Below, piece by piece: positions 7,907 to 18,365 of a stretch of 64,000 nucleotides of DNA. A program made the position numbers and the translations under genes. Position 1 is the first letter of the stretch. Every line of letters begins with the position of its first letter. The notes under the pieces were generated by a model. That model was not told where the DNA came from, searched no databases, and saw only the letters and a list, made by a program, of their open reading frames with translations. Origin of the DNA: an uncultured Pseudobdellovibrionaceae bacterium (lineage in GTDB: Bacteria > Bdellovibrionota > FAC87 > UBA2466); the NCBI GenBank assembly GCA_964396165.1, contig CAYNEF010000013.1, positions 13,478-77,477 of the forward strand, in the 5' to 3' direction.

Positions 7907-9826
7907 TTACTTTTCAATTCCGAATAAAACTTGGGCTTTAGACAAATCGGTTGAGAGCTTTTCCCATTCGATCATTTTTGTGTGGAGTGCGGAATCCAAA
8001 GCGGTGATTGCTTTGTAATCTGGACTTGGATTTGTCTCGAGTGCTGCTTTTTCTTTGGTGAGCTTATCCATTTCCGCTTCTATAACGGCGATTTTCTTTT
8101 CCAGAGATTTAATCTGGTTTTTCACTTTTTTGCGCTCTTCGAAACTTAAATTGGAACCTGGATTGGACTTGGCTTCTGCCTTGGGAGTCGCCGCAGCTTT
8201 GGAAGGAGAGCCGGAACCTTCAATATGGCGCAAGAATTCCGGATATTTTTCAAAGAAAGTAGTCAGATTCCCTAAGTGATCAATCAATCGGTGATCGGTA
8301 GTCAGGTAAATAATTCTGTCCGCAATTGCAGAAACAAATTCTCGATCATGGGATACGAAAACCGCAGTTCCTTCAAATTCCTTAATCGCGTTTTTCAAAA
8401 TTTCTTTTGTCTCGATATCCAAATGGTTGGTCGGTTCGTCCAGAAGTGAGAGGTTCAGTGGTTTTACCAGACAGCGCAACATCGCGATGCGGGCACGCTC
8501 GCCCCCACTTAATACACGCACTTCTTTTTCAATTTCATCGTTCGTGCAAAATCCGAAACTCCCGAGCCATCCACGCACCTGTTCAAAGCTAAGGCCGTTG
8601 GCTGATTCGCGTAAGTTATCAATTACACTCGCTTGAAGGTTAAGCTCATCTAGTTGGTGCTGACCAAAGTATCCGGTAATGATGTTATGGCCATACGATA
8701 CTTCGCCAGATGTGGGCTTTAATCTTTCAGCAATAAGATTGAGGAGCGTTGTTTTTCCAGCACCGTTATCCCCGATGATGGCAATTTTGTCTCCGCGTTT
8801 GATATCGATAGAAACATCTTTGATGATCCACGGGCCAAATTCATCATAGCGGAAAGAGATATTTTTTGTGCTGACAGGGAATTTGCCGCCCGTCGAGAGA
8901 AAGCGGTAACGCAAGTTCATACTGTTTGCGTAACCTTCTACACGTTGCAGTCTTTCGATAAAATCCCGCTTTTCGGCTTCGAAATCTTGCGCCATTTTGA
9001 GTTTGCTCTGCGCGCGTGCAGCAGTCTGAGCTTTTGCACGGAACTTGTAGACGAATTCCATGTTTTCGATAATTTTTTTATCGAGATCTTCAATCCGTTT
9101 TCTTAATAGGCGTTTTTCTTCGACCAAAGATTCGCAAAATGTCAGGTAGTCGTTTTGGTGTGATCTAAAAAAGAATTTCGAGCCATGAATTACAGCAAGC
9201 GAATCAGTCGTACGTCTTTGCAAGCTAATATCATGGGTAATAAGTACCAGGCTTCCGCGGTATTCTTTTTCGAGGAATTCCTCAAGCCATTGAATGGAAG
9301 ACATGTCCAAATGGTTGGTAGGTTCGTCAAGAAGAAGTACATCGGGTCTATCCAAAAGCGCTTTTGCCACAAAAACGCGCAAGAGCCAGCCCCCGCTTAA
9401 ATTGGAAATCGGACCGTCCATGTATGTGTCGTTAAAACCGAGCCCCGAAAGCATTTTTCTGATTTCCCACTCACGGTCGAGATGCATGTCGTCTTCATCG
9501 AGGGGGTTTTGGGCTAGTAGATCGACAAGCAGTTGCACGGGAGAACGGCTTTGGTTGCCATGAGATTTGGAATGAAGCACAGCGGAGTCGAGAAGTGACT
9601 GATCCAAATACCCGATTCTCAGACGTTTTCCACCCACGACAGTGAGCGAACCCGTAGTAGATTCTAATTGTCCTGCCAGAATTTTCATCAGCGTTGATTT
9701 TCCACAGCCGTTTCTTCCGGCTAAAGTCACACGCATGCCTTCAAACAAGGTCCAGTTGATTTCCTCAAAAAGGACCCGGTTAGGCAGTCTGACAGAGACA
9801 TTTTCTAATACGAGTTGTGCATTCAT
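7907..9826 (-). CDS. ABC-F family ATPase (tandem ABC domains, no transmembrane domain)
   Basis: Two Walker A motifs (GRNGCGKST and GDNGAGKTT), two LSGG signatures, and an inter-domain linker. C-terminal coiled-coil extension. Confidence 0.85.
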   Translation of the reverse strand: MNAQLVLENVSVRLPNRVLFEEINWTLFEGMRVTLAGRNGCGKSTLMKILAGQLESTTGSLTVVGGKRLRIGYLDQSLLDSAVLHSKSHGNQSRSPVQLLVDLLAQNPLDEDDMHLDREWEIRKMLSGLGFNDTYMDGPISNLSGGWLLRVFVAKALLDRPDVLLLDEPTNHLDMSSIQWLEEFLEKEYRGSLVLITHDISLQRRTTDSLAVIHGSKFFFRSHQNDYLTFCESLVEEKRLLRKRIEDLDKKIIENMEFVYKFRAKAQTAARAQSKLKMAQDFEAEKRDFIERLQRVEGYANSMNLRYRFLSTGGKFPVSTKNISFRYDEFGPWIIKDVSIDIKRGDKIAIIGDNGAGKTTLLNLIAERLKPTSGEVSYGHNIITGYFGQHQLDELNLQASVIDNLRESANGLSFEQVRGWLGSFGFCTNDEIEKEVRVLSGGERARIAMLRCLVKPLNLSLLDEPTNHLDIETKEILKNAIKEFEGTAVFVSHDREFVSAIADRIIYLTTDHRLIDHLGNLTTFFEKYPEFLRHIEGSGSPSKAAATPKAEAKSNPGSNLSFEERKKVKNQIKSLEKKIAVIEAEMDKLTKEKAALETNPSPDYKAITALDSALHTKMIEWEKLSTDLSKAQVLFGIEK

Positions 9827-9862
9827 AAAGGGTAAGGAGATAGCAGACTTAACTACTTTTGG

Positions 9863-10723
9863 CTAGCGGTGAACGTGGAAGGGCTGAACCTTAGATAAAA
9901 GCAATTCTGCGACTTTGACTTCGTTGTTTCCACGGTCACAGATGAACAAAGACATGCCTGAAATGAAGACGTTGGTCGGGTGTTTGAGTTCAGTTTGGGT
10001 AAAGATACCGCAGGAATTTCCCGATTTACCTGAGCCAATCAAAGTCGTTAGGGCTTTAGAAATCAAAGAAAACACCTTGATCTGGTGGTTATAGGTATCC
10101 GCAATATAAAGGTTGTTGCCACTATAAGACATACTCATCGGCTTATTGAGTTCAACGGGGTTTTTCGGCGTAAAAAGTGTTGTCACGTTTTTGCCGTCCC
10201 AAGCCTTGATGCTACTGGTAGCGAGATCTGTAAAAAAGAGCAGCTCTCCGTTAGTGGTCATGCCGCACATTTGTTTGCAAGACGTGTTGATTGCTACTTC
10301 CACCTGATTGCGAATGGGATCGAATGAGTAAATCGTGGATGTGCTGGAACTTAAGATAAGTAGCTTTTCATTGTATTCGTACACATCAATGGGAGAGGGG
10401 GGAGAATTTTGAATTGTAGTGACAGAAGCGTTGCTTAAGCTGACTTCACGCACCAGATTATTTCCGCAGTCAGCTACAAAAAGTGAGTTATGAAAAACTG
10501 CTGCACTTTGGGGGGAATTAAATTCGGCATCGCGCAAATGCCCGTCTTTGTAACCTTTTGTACCTGTACCTATTCTATAGCGTACTTTTCCGCCCCTATC
10601 TAAAACCCACAGACAATGGTTTTGAGAGTCAACGACACAAATATCGCGGTTGGGAAGTCCGCAAATTCGGCTGGGGGTGCCTAGTAGATGATCTGATTTT
10701 AATTGGCGTGCTGGGTCAGACAT
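9863..10723 (-). CDS. NHL-repeat beta-propeller protein
   Basis: Repeated ...LFVAD/LYIAD/LFICD-x-GNN/YNH-x-I/V-x-V... units typical of NHL repeats. No signal peptide. Confidence 0.5.
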   Translation of the reverse strand: MSDPARQLKSDHLLGTPSRICGLPNRDICVVDSQNHCLWVLDRGGKVRYRIGTGTKGYKDGHLRDAEFNSPQSAAVFHNSLFVADCGNNLVREVSLSNASVTTIQNSPPSPIDVYEYNEKLLILSSSTSTIYSFDPIRNQVEVAINTSCKQMCGMTTNGELLFFTDLATSSIKAWDGKNVTTLFTPKNPVELNKPMSMSYSGNNLYIADTYNHQIKVFSLISKALTTLIGSGKSGNSCGIFTQTELKHPTNVFISGMSLFICDRGNNEVKVAELLLSKVQPFHVHR

Positions 10724-10862
10724 TTTTAAAAACTCGAGTTTCTTACAGTTATTAATTATTCGGCTGAACTTACACTCAGCTTGAAGGGTACCTGCATTGT
10801 GAAGATCTTTTCATATTAGATCTTTTTATTTACGCCTGAAATAAGACGTAAAGCTATATAAG

Positions 10863-13800
10863 GTGTTAGGAAATAAGATAAAAATTCTATTTGTACTATT
10901 GTGCCAGATTTTTTTCGTGGGTTGTCCTGCGATTCAAGATCCGCGCTCCGCATCTGCTACCGATAACGCAACACTCGTATTGTCTGATGGTAAAACTGAA
11001 GGCACTGAAAATTATGATTATGATTACGGAGTTGTCATCGCTGGCAATTCCAAAGATGCGAGAATTACCATTTCCAATACGGGAATTGTCAAAGCGACTG
11101 ATTTAACGGTTGGAGCATTGCCTGACGTTCTGTCGTATGTAGGAGGAATCTTTCCGGGAACTGGAGGAAATTGTGGCGCGGTCTTAAATCCAGGTGACAG
11201 TTGTATTTTAAATATCAAATTTACACCCAATGAAGAAACGGTACTGGATGACACCATTTCCATTTCTTACTACAGCTCTTTCGATAAGGTGAAAACTCTC
11301 TATGCTTTTTTAAAGTTGAAGGGAACAGACGATAAACTGACTGCTCCTGAAATTACCAGTATCAGCCCCACGATTGGTAATATTTCGGGGGGGACAATCG
11401 TATCGATTTCGGGTCCGCATTTTTATGCAAATTCAGTTGTAAAAATTGGGGGAAGTTCATGTACCGGAGTCACACGGTTAAATAGTAAAACACTTCTTTG
11501 TACAACTTCGGCTCACGCAGCCGGTACGGTAGATGTACAAGTGACTTCTCCTTACGGCTATACCGGAACTTTAGCATCTTCGTATCGATACAATTCCACA
11601 CCGGCCATAAGTAGTGTCAGTCCAAGCGGTGGCCCACCCAACGCAACAACAAATATTTCCATTACCGGAACTTCATTTACAGCGGGTGCAACGGTTTTAG
11701 TGGGAAGTGGGACTTGCACTGGCGTGACTGTTGTCTCTTCGACGCAAATTACCTGCACGGTACCTGCACAAGCAGCAGGAAGTTATGATGTGACAGTGAC
11801 AAACACGGGAGGATTTACCTCAACACTTTCAAGCGGCTTTACCTACCGAGATGCTCCGACTGTTTCAAGCGTTGCTCCTTCACGGATTTATACAGCAGGA
11901 AGACAAATTACGATTACTGGTACGGGATTTGTCACGGGTGCGACTGTTACTGTGAATGGTAGCAGTTGCTCTTCTGTAAGTGTAAACAGTTCTACTTCAC
12001 TTACCTGTATTGTCGGATCCTCTACAGTTGGGACTTACGGTATTGTTGTGACTAACACCGATACGCAATACGGATCGCTCAGTAACGCGCTCACTGTTGC
12101 TAGCACTGGAGTTTGGCTTCCTATGTCTACTACCAATGCTCCTTCGCCACGTCTGCCAAGTAGCGTAGTTTGGACTGGTTCACAAATGATTATATGGAGC
12201 GATGGCTCTGCAGTGGGTAATGGAAAACTTTATGATCCGGTTGCAGATAATTGGACTACGGTGTCTACGACCAATCGTCCACAGTCCACATACGGTGGCG
12301 AAAGTACCGTATGGACAGGAAGCAAAATGATCGTTTGGGGCGGATACGGTGGGACGAATAGTGGTTCTCGATATGATCCGGTTTCAAATACATGGTCGTC
12401 GATGACTACTACTGGAGCACCTTCTGCAAGATTTGCAGCTTCTACCATCTGGACGGGTGGTGAGATGGTCCTCTGGGGAGGAAGATACAACCTCACAACC
12501 AATTATTTTAATGATGGCGGTAAATATAATCCGTATTCTGATTCGTGGGCTGCAATATCGACGACAAATGCGCCGCAGGAAGCTGTCGGTGCAGGTGGGG
12601 TTTGGAGTGGAAGTGAATTGCTAGTTTGGGGAGGGCAAAACACTACAGGAAATTTAAATACGGGAGGCAGATACAACGTCAATTCCGATTCCTGGACTTT
12701 GATGACGACGACAAATGCCCCAACGCGAAGGGCAACTTTTGGAATGCAGTGGACGGGTTCAAAAGCAATTGTAATGGCAGGCTTTGCGACGGGTACAAAT
12801 GATACAAACTCAGGGGGGATTTATGATCCAGAAACTAACTCCTGGACTGCAACGACAACAACAGGGGCTCCCAGATATAGATATGAATACGCGTCTGCCT
12901 GGACAGGTTCCAGTTATATCGTTTGGGGAGGAATTACTCTGGGAAGTGGAGCGAGCAACTTAAATACGGGGGGACTTTATAATCCTGTATCGAATAGTTG
13001 GGTGGAGTTGACATCGATTGGCGCAGCACCGGGAGATCCTGGATTGCGTGGAACTGTAGGAGTGTGGACTGGTCGTAGTTTTATCGTTTTTGGCGGACGA
13101 GATTACAACGGTACTGCCTACACGAACACGGGAGGACAATATATTCCCCCTGCTGATTCCGCATCGAACAGTTGGACATTGATGACAACGAGTAGTGCAC
13201 CACGCGGCGGATCAGGACATGTACAAGTTTGGACAGGATCTAAAATGCTCGTGTGGGGTACTAATTTATTAGGGGGAACAGTAAATACGGGTGGAAGTTA
13301 CGATACGGTCACAAATTCTTGGACTGCGCTTACCACAACAAATGCTCCACCAAATAGAAGTAGTCCACAGGGAGCTTGGACAGGAAGTAGAATGATTGTT
13401 TATGGAGGAACTTCAAATACCGGTGGAAGTTATGATCCCGTTTCAAATAGTTGGACGACACTTTCCACAACAAATGCTCCAGCAGCACGAACTCAGTTTT
13501 TAGGATTTTGGACAGGCAGAAAAATGATTTTCTGGGGAGGAATTAGTTCAGTGGGAAGTGTGGATATGTACGATCCAGCTACAAACTCCTGGACTAGTGT
13601 TAGTACATCTAATGCTCCTCCGTGCTACTACGCACACCCTGGTGTTTGGACAGGCAAACACCTTCTCGTATGGGGAACAAGTACTGCTTCCAATCAAGGG
13701 GGAGCATTTAATCCAGAGACAAACGTATGGACAACTATCACGACGACAAATGCGCCTTCGGTAAGGCTATACGCATCTGCGGTTTGGACAGGATCTAAAA

Positions 13801-14156
13801 TGCTTGTGTGGGGAGGAGATAATTCGGGCGCTTTGAACTCGGGAGGGGCATATGATGTCATCTCAAATTCTTGGACAGCTCTTTCAACGACTTCTGCGCC
13901 TGTAGGAAGAACGGGACACACGGCTATTTGGACTGGTAGCAAAATGATTGTTTGGGGAGGTAGTGCGCCTTCTGATTCCAACACAGGGGCACTTTATGAT
14001 CCCTACACAAATACTTGGTCTGCAACGACGACCATTGGCGTTCCACCGAAACGCTCTTCCCATCGTGCGATCTGGACTGGAAATAAAATGCTTATTTGGG
14101 GAAGCAACTGGTCCGGAGGAGTAAATGAAAATACAGGGGGAGTCTACACTCCCTGA
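10863..14156 (+). CDS. Giant surface lipoprotein with IPT/TIG domains and a Kelch-like beta-propeller repeat array (paralog A)
   Basis: Signal peptide with lipobox FFVGC-P. About 3-4 IPT/TIG-like units (APEITSISPTIGNISGGT...). Then about 18 repeats of roughly 45-50 aa with the motif WTGSKMIVWGG ... YDP-x-N-x-WT-x-STTNAP-x-R. Confidence 0.75.
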   Translation: MLGNKIKILFVLLCQIFFVGCPAIQDPRSASATDNATLVLSDGKTEGTENYDYDYGVVIAGNSKDARITISNTGIVKATDLTVGALPDVLSYVGGIFPGTGGNCGAVLNPGDSCILNIKFTPNEETVLDDTISISYYSSFDKVKTLYAFLKLKGTDDKLTAPEITSISPTIGNISGGTIVSISGPHFYANSVVKIGGSSCTGVTRLNSKTLLCTTSAHAAGTVDVQVTSPYGYTGTLASSYRYNSTPAISSVSPSGGPPNATTNISITGTSFTAGATVLVGSGTCTGVTVVSSTQITCTVPAQAAGSYDVTVTNTGGFTSTLSSGFTYRDAPTVSSVAPSRIYTAGRQITITGTGFVTGATVTVNGSSCSSVSVNSSTSLTCIVGSSTVGTYGIVVTNTDTQYGSLSNALTVASTGVWLPMSTTNAPSPRLPSSVVWTGSQMIIWSDGSAVGNGKLYDPVADNWTTVSTTNRPQSTYGGESTVWTGSKMIVWGGYGGTNSGSRYDPVSNTWSSMTTTGAPSARFAASTIWTGGEMVLWGGRYNLTTNYFNDGGKYNPYSDSWAAISTTNAPQEAVGAGGVWSGSELLVWGGQNTTGNLNTGGRYNVNSDSWTLMTTTNAPTRRATFGMQWTGSKAIVMAGFATGTNDTNSGGIYDPETNSWTATTTTGAPRYRYEYASAWTGSSYIVWGGITLGSGASNLNTGGLYNPVSNSWVELTSIGAAPGDPGLRGTVGVWTGRSFIVFGGRDYNGTAYTNTGGQYIPPADSASNSWTLMTTSSAPRGGSGHVQVWTGSKMLVWGTNLLGGTVNTGGSYDTVTNSWTALTTTNAPPNRSSPQGAWTGSRMIVYGGTSNTGGSYDPVSNSWTTLSTTNAPAARTQFLGFWTGRKMIFWGGISSVGSVDMYDPATNSWTSVSTSNAPPCYYAHPGVWTGKHLLVWGTSTASNQGGAFNPETNVWTTITTTNAPSVRLYASAVWTGSKMLVWGGDNSGALNSGGAYDVISNSWTALSTTSAPVGRTGHTAIWTGSKMIVWGGSAPSDSNTGALYDPYTNTWSATTTIGVPPKRSSHRAIWTGNKMLIWGSNWSGGVNENTGGVYTP
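11345..12100 (+). repeat. IPT/TIG-like domain array within giant lipoprotein A
   Basis: Tandem units of about 85 aa beginning AP-x-I/V-S/T-S-V/I-SP and ending Y-x-Y. Confidence 0.55.
12100..14153 (+). repeat. Kelch-like propeller repeat array within giant lipoprotein A
   Basis: Periodic WTG-x-x-M/L-I/V-x-WGG and TTNAP motifs. Confidence 0.6.
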
Positions 14157-14250
14157 TAATTTCAATTGTTAAGATCTCTTCACAAACCATCAATTTTCTC
14201 CATCATCTTTCCTTCACAATAATCGACTACAATTTGTACAGTTCACGTAT

Positions 14251-17200
14251 TTGGGACGTATATTGATGAGACAAAAAATAAATTCTAATGCAGTGAAAAT
14301 CTGCAATATTATTATTCTACTTGTCTGCCATCTATTTCTTTTAGGCTGCCCTAAAGATCCAAGAGCAAAAACAGGAAAGGGAAGTGATGTCGCAACACTT
14401 CTAATCTCAATGAGTGGACAAAGCACTTCTTCCGATTACTATACCTACGATTTTGGTTCTGTATTTCCAAACGCAACAAAAGACGCCACTTTTACAATCA
14501 GTAATAGTGGTACATTGAAAGCAACTGAAATTACTCTTTCGACACTCCCTACAACAGTCACTCGATCCGGGGGAACTTGCACAAGTGAAATCGAAGCGGG
14601 TGAATCTTGTACGATGATTTTCACTTTTGCACCGACAGAGAGTACGAATTTAAGCGGTAATGTGGATATCAATTATTCAAGCAACTTCAACAATAACGCC
14701 AGTTTTTTTAGCACAATACAGCTGAGTGGTCAGGATGGTTCATTCTCAGCCCCTGAAATCACATCTGTAAGCCCAGAGTATGGTTCCATTCTCGGAGGCA
14801 GTACGATCACTTTGAGCGGCCCTTATTTTGGTGAGGGAAGTACAGTAGCAGTTGGTGGAAGTACTTGCAGCGGAGTTTCACTATCCAGCAATAAAACCGC
14901 TCTTACGTGCACATATCCTGCGCATAGCTCAGGGCTTGTTAACATCGTTGTGACATCCCCTTATGGACTCACAGGAACTCTCACTCAAATTTTTAATTAC
15001 CATGAAGTACCAGTCGTTACTTCCATTTCTCGTTCTGCAGGTGCACTTGCTGGTGGAACAAGTTTGACTATCACAGGAAGCAATTTTGTCAGCGGCGCAT
15101 CTGTCTCAATCGGTGGCAGTAATTGCGGTTCTCTCAGTGTGGTTTCATCGACGCAGATAACTTGTGTCACAAGCAGTAATACAGCAGGTACAAAAAGTGT
15201 GGTTGTGACCAATGCAGATGGATTTAGCGGCACTTTGCCGAATGCTTATACGTATCAAGCAGCACCATCGGTCACGAGTATCAATGTTTCTGCAGGTGCA
15301 CTAGCAGGCGGAACTTCAATGACAATTACTGGAAGCGGGTTTTTAACAGGTGCAACAGTATTGATCGGGGGAAGCAGTGCGACCTCTGTTTCTGTAAATT
15401 CCTCGACACAAATTACTTGTGTGACGCCCACACACGCTGCAGGGACTGTCAGCATCGTTGTGACGAATACAGATTCACAAACAGGGACAGGAACAAATCT
15501 TTACACCTACCAAGCAGCACCTACAGCCACGAGTGTGAGTCCAACAGCAGGCGCATTGGGTGGAAGCACCAGTATTACGGTAACGGGAACAGGTTTTGTA
15601 TCGGGTGCGACGGTCACAGTGGGCGGAGTCAATTGTAGTTCAGTAAACGTTTCATCTGGTACATCACTTACTTGTACAACTGGTGCACACGCTGCTGGTG
15701 TCACGAGTATCATAGTAACAAATGCAGATACGCAAAGTGGTACAGGAAGTAATTTATACACTTACCAAGCTGGGCCTTCAGTGACTTCAGTTTCTCCGAC
15801 TGCAGGTGCGCTAGCCGGTGGTACGACATTGACTATTACAGGGACAGATTTTTTGAGTGGCGCGACAGTAACTGTGGGTGGAACCACATGTACATCTCCT
15901 AACGTCGCAAGTTCTACGAGTATCACTTGCACATTGCCCGCAAAAAGCGCAGGCGCGTATGCGGTAGCTGTTACCAATTCTGACACGCAAAGTGGCTCGT
16001 TAAGTTCGGCGTACACGTATCAACCTGCACCGACAGTCAGCAGTGTGAGTCCCTCTTCTGGTTCTGTTGCAGGTAGCACTTCGATAACTCTTACAGGTAC
16101 AGGATTTGTCAGTGGTGCAACTGTTTCGGTTGCAGGAGTTACTTGTACTTCTCCCAGTGTAACGAGTTCAACGACAATGACTTGTACGACTCCTGCTTCG
16201 CCATCCAGTTACGGTGGAGCAGTGGATATAGTGGCGACAAATAGCGACTCGCAAACAGGTACTCTCACTAATGGATATTTATATGATCCGGAAAAATGGA
16301 CGACATTAACGACCGCTAATGCTCCTACTTGGCACGAACATACTTTAACTCACTGGACAGGATCCAAAATTTTTATCATGGGAGGAAACTCGAGCATCCA
16401 ACAGAACATGGGTGAACTTTATGATCCCGTCACAGGTACTTCTACATTTGCAACGACAACGAATGCTCCACGCGGAGCACGTCCTCAATCTGGAGTATGG
16501 ACGGGGAGCAAAATGATTATCTGGGGGGGATTTAATGGCGGCTATTTAAATTCCGGCGGCATTTACGATCCAGTTGCAAACTCCTGGAGTGTAGTCAGTA
16601 CTACAAACGCGCCGACTCCAAGAGATGGCCCAAGTTTAGTTTGGACAGGTTCTAAAATGCTAGCTTTTGGCGGAGTCGCTGCCACCAATGGAAATGAGGG
16701 CGGCGTCTATGATCCTGAAACCAATACGTGGACGCTGATGACAACGACAAATGCTCCTTCTTCAGTTTGGAAACATATTTTAGGAGTTTGGACTGGGAAG
16801 TATTATATCAATTACAACAAAAGATATGAGCTAGCGACTGATACCTGGTTAGATAACAGCACAACCAACGCAGGTAGCTTTACTGACAGCGCTATTATTT
16901 GGACAGGGAAACATGTCATTGTTTGGGGAGGAAACGGAAACAATGTAGGCGGAATGTACAATCCAGAAACCAATACCTGGAATTTGACATCCACCTTGAA
17001 TGCACCATCAGCCAGAACTACCGCTATCAATGCGTGGACAGGTGGACGCATGATTGTCTGGGGTGGGTATGATTCAGGAAATGTCTTTTTGAATGATGGC
17101 GGAAATTTTGATCCAGAGACAAATACTTGGGTGAGAACTACTACCGTGAATGCGCCATCCGGCAGGCGATACCCGGTAAATGGAATTTGGATAGGATCTA

Positions 17201-18303
17201 AATTTTTAGTTTGGGGCGGTACGGATTATAGTGGCGGACCTGCAACACTGGTAGGAGGTCTTTACACGCCGCCAGCGGATACTGCATCTAATACGTGGAC
17301 TGCTATGACAACGTCTGGTGCTCCATCTATTCGCCAACAATTTTCTGCTCTTTGGATTGGAAGTAAAATGATCGTGTGGGGAGGAGTAAATGGTTCGCAA
17401 ATAAATTCGGGAGGGCAATTCGATCCTGTCGCTAATAGCTGGACGACAATTTCCACAACTGGGGCAGCGGGAATTCGCTCCTACCACACAATACACTGGA
17501 CTGGAAAAAATATGCTGATATGGGGGGGATCAAACGGCAGCAATTCCCTTAATTCTGGCGGTGCATATGATCCGATTGCAAATACCTGGACAGCTCTTTC
17601 CACTACTAATGCTCCAGTAGGCAGAACTGGCTTTGCCAGTGTCTGGACAGGAAGCAAAATGCTAGTTTGGAGTGGATCAGATTCTTCCAGCACATTATTA
17701 AATGATGGGTTTCAATACGACTACAATGCAAATTCCTGGAGTACGATTTCTACTACAAATGCACCGACTGCTAGAAATTGCAATAAGTCAGTCTGGACAG
17801 GAAGCAAAATGCTGATCTGGTCAGGTAGTACAGGATCCTATAGCACTGGTGGCGCCTATGATTTAGAAAATAATACTTGGACAACTACTTCCACGACTGG
17901 TGCGCCTTCAGGACGTGCTTATGATCCGCTCATTGTCTGGACCGGAAGTAAAATGCTCGTGTGGTCAGGGTATCCGGGAGCGTTTTCCAACGACGGTGGA
18001 CTATATGATCCGAATAGCAACACCTGGACAAGGACTTCGACTACAGGCGCGCCGGCACTTAGATATTATCCAGTAGGTGTATGGACAGGCTCTCGATTAA
18101 TCGTATGGGGAAGTTATAACGGAAGTTATTTAAATAGTGGCGGAATTTACGATCCGATTGCAAATAGTTGGGTTTCGACCACAACTACAAATGCACCCAG
18201 CACTAGATCACTATTTCAAGCAGTTTGGACGGGAAGTAAAATGATATTGTGGGGTGGATCAAACGGTACAAATTTAAATACCGGCGGAATATATACCCCT
18301 TAA
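14251..18303 (+). CDS. Giant surface lipoprotein with IPT/TIG domains and a Kelch-like beta-propeller repeat array (paralog B)
   Basis: Lipobox FLLGC-P. The N-terminal domain is homologous to paralog A. About 6 highly similar IPT units with an exact 255-nt period, shown by three contiguous 84/84/66-aa antisense ORFs. About 20 Kelch-like repeats. C-terminus ...GGIYTP, like paralog A. Confidence 0.75.
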   Translation: MGRILMRQKINSNAVKICNIIILLVCHLFLLGCPKDPRAKTGKGSDVATLLISMSGQSTSSDYYTYDFGSVFPNATKDATFTISNSGTLKATEITLSTLPTTVTRSGGTCTSEIEAGESCTMIFTFAPTESTNLSGNVDINYSSNFNNNASFFSTIQLSGQDGSFSAPEITSVSPEYGSILGGSTITLSGPYFGEGSTVAVGGSTCSGVSLSSNKTALTCTYPAHSSGLVNIVVTSPYGLTGTLTQIFNYHEVPVVTSISRSAGALAGGTSLTITGSNFVSGASVSIGGSNCGSLSVVSSTQITCVTSSNTAGTKSVVVTNADGFSGTLPNAYTYQAAPSVTSINVSAGALAGGTSMTITGSGFLTGATVLIGGSSATSVSVNSSTQITCVTPTHAAGTVSIVVTNTDSQTGTGTNLYTYQAAPTATSVSPTAGALGGSTSITVTGTGFVSGATVTVGGVNCSSVNVSSGTSLTCTTGAHAAGVTSIIVTNADTQSGTGSNLYTYQAGPSVTSVSPTAGALAGGTTLTITGTDFLSGATVTVGGTTCTSPNVASSTSITCTLPAKSAGAYAVAVTNSDTQSGSLSSAYTYQPAPTVSSVSPSSGSVAGSTSITLTGTGFVSGATVSVAGVTCTSPSVTSSTTMTCTTPASPSSYGGAVDIVATNSDSQTGTLTNGYLYDPEKWTTLTTANAPTWHEHTLTHWTGSKIFIMGGNSSIQQNMGELYDPVTGTSTFATTTNAPRGARPQSGVWTGSKMIIWGGFNGGYLNSGGIYDPVANSWSVVSTTNAPTPRDGPSLVWTGSKMLAFGGVAATNGNEGGVYDPETNTWTLMTTTNAPSSVWKHILGVWTGKYYINYNKRYELATDTWLDNSTTNAGSFTDSAIIWTGKHVIVWGGNGNNVGGMYNPETNTWNLTSTLNAPSARTTAINAWTGGRMIVWGGYDSGNVFLNDGGNFDPETNTWVRTTTVNAPSGRRYPVNGIWIGSKFLVWGGTDYSGGPATLVGGLYTPPADTASNTWTAMTTSGAPSIRQQFSALWIGSKMIVWGGVNGSQINSGGQFDPVANSWTTISTTGAAGIRSYHTIHWTGKNMLIWGGSNGSNSLNSGGAYDPIANTWTALSTTNAPVGRTGFASVWTGSKMLVWSGSDSSSTLLNDGFQYDYNANSWSTISTTNAPTARNCNKSVWTGSKMLIWSGSTGSYSTGGAYDLENNTWTTTSTTGAPSGRAYDPLIVWTGSKMLVWSGYPGAFSNDGGLYDPNSNTWTRTSTTGAPALRYYPVGVWTGSRLIVWGSYNGSYLNSGGIYDPIANSWVSTTTTNAPSTRSLFQAVWTGSKMILWGGSNGTNLNTGGIYTP
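14750..16290 (+). repeat. Tandem IPT/TIG domain repeats with a 255-nt period within giant lipoprotein B
   Basis: Units such as YTYQAAPSVTS...GALAGGTS-TITG-GF-SGATV-GG...QITC... are repeated about 6 times with high identity. Confidence 0.6.
16290..18300 (+). repeat. Kelch-like propeller repeat array within giant lipoprotein B
   Basis: WTGSKM-IWGG/WSG and TTNAP periodicity. Confidence 0.6.
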
Positions 18304-18365
18304 AGTTTTGAAATTTAACATAAAGTTTTGACGCAATTTTTCCGATAAGTGAGCTGGAGATTTGC

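Noticed and set aside
10724-10862. Duplicated agatctttt motifs in the divergent promoter region between the NHL gene and giant lipoprotein A
   Set aside because: The repeat is short (9 nt) and AT-rich. It is a plausible operator but cannot be distinguished from chance in an AT-rich intergenic region.
11024-14165. Multiple short antisense or alternative-frame ORFs within giant lipoprotein A (for example 11024..11263, 12230..12502, 13694..13984, 13884..14165)
   Set aside because: They overlap a well-supported long CDS. They have no ribosome-binding site and their composition is biased by the repeats.
15255-16016. Three antisense ORFs of 66, 84 and 84 aa inside giant lipoprotein B
   Set aside because: They reflect the exact 255-nt periodicity of the IPT repeats, in which the same stop-free antisense frame recurs. 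They are not genes.
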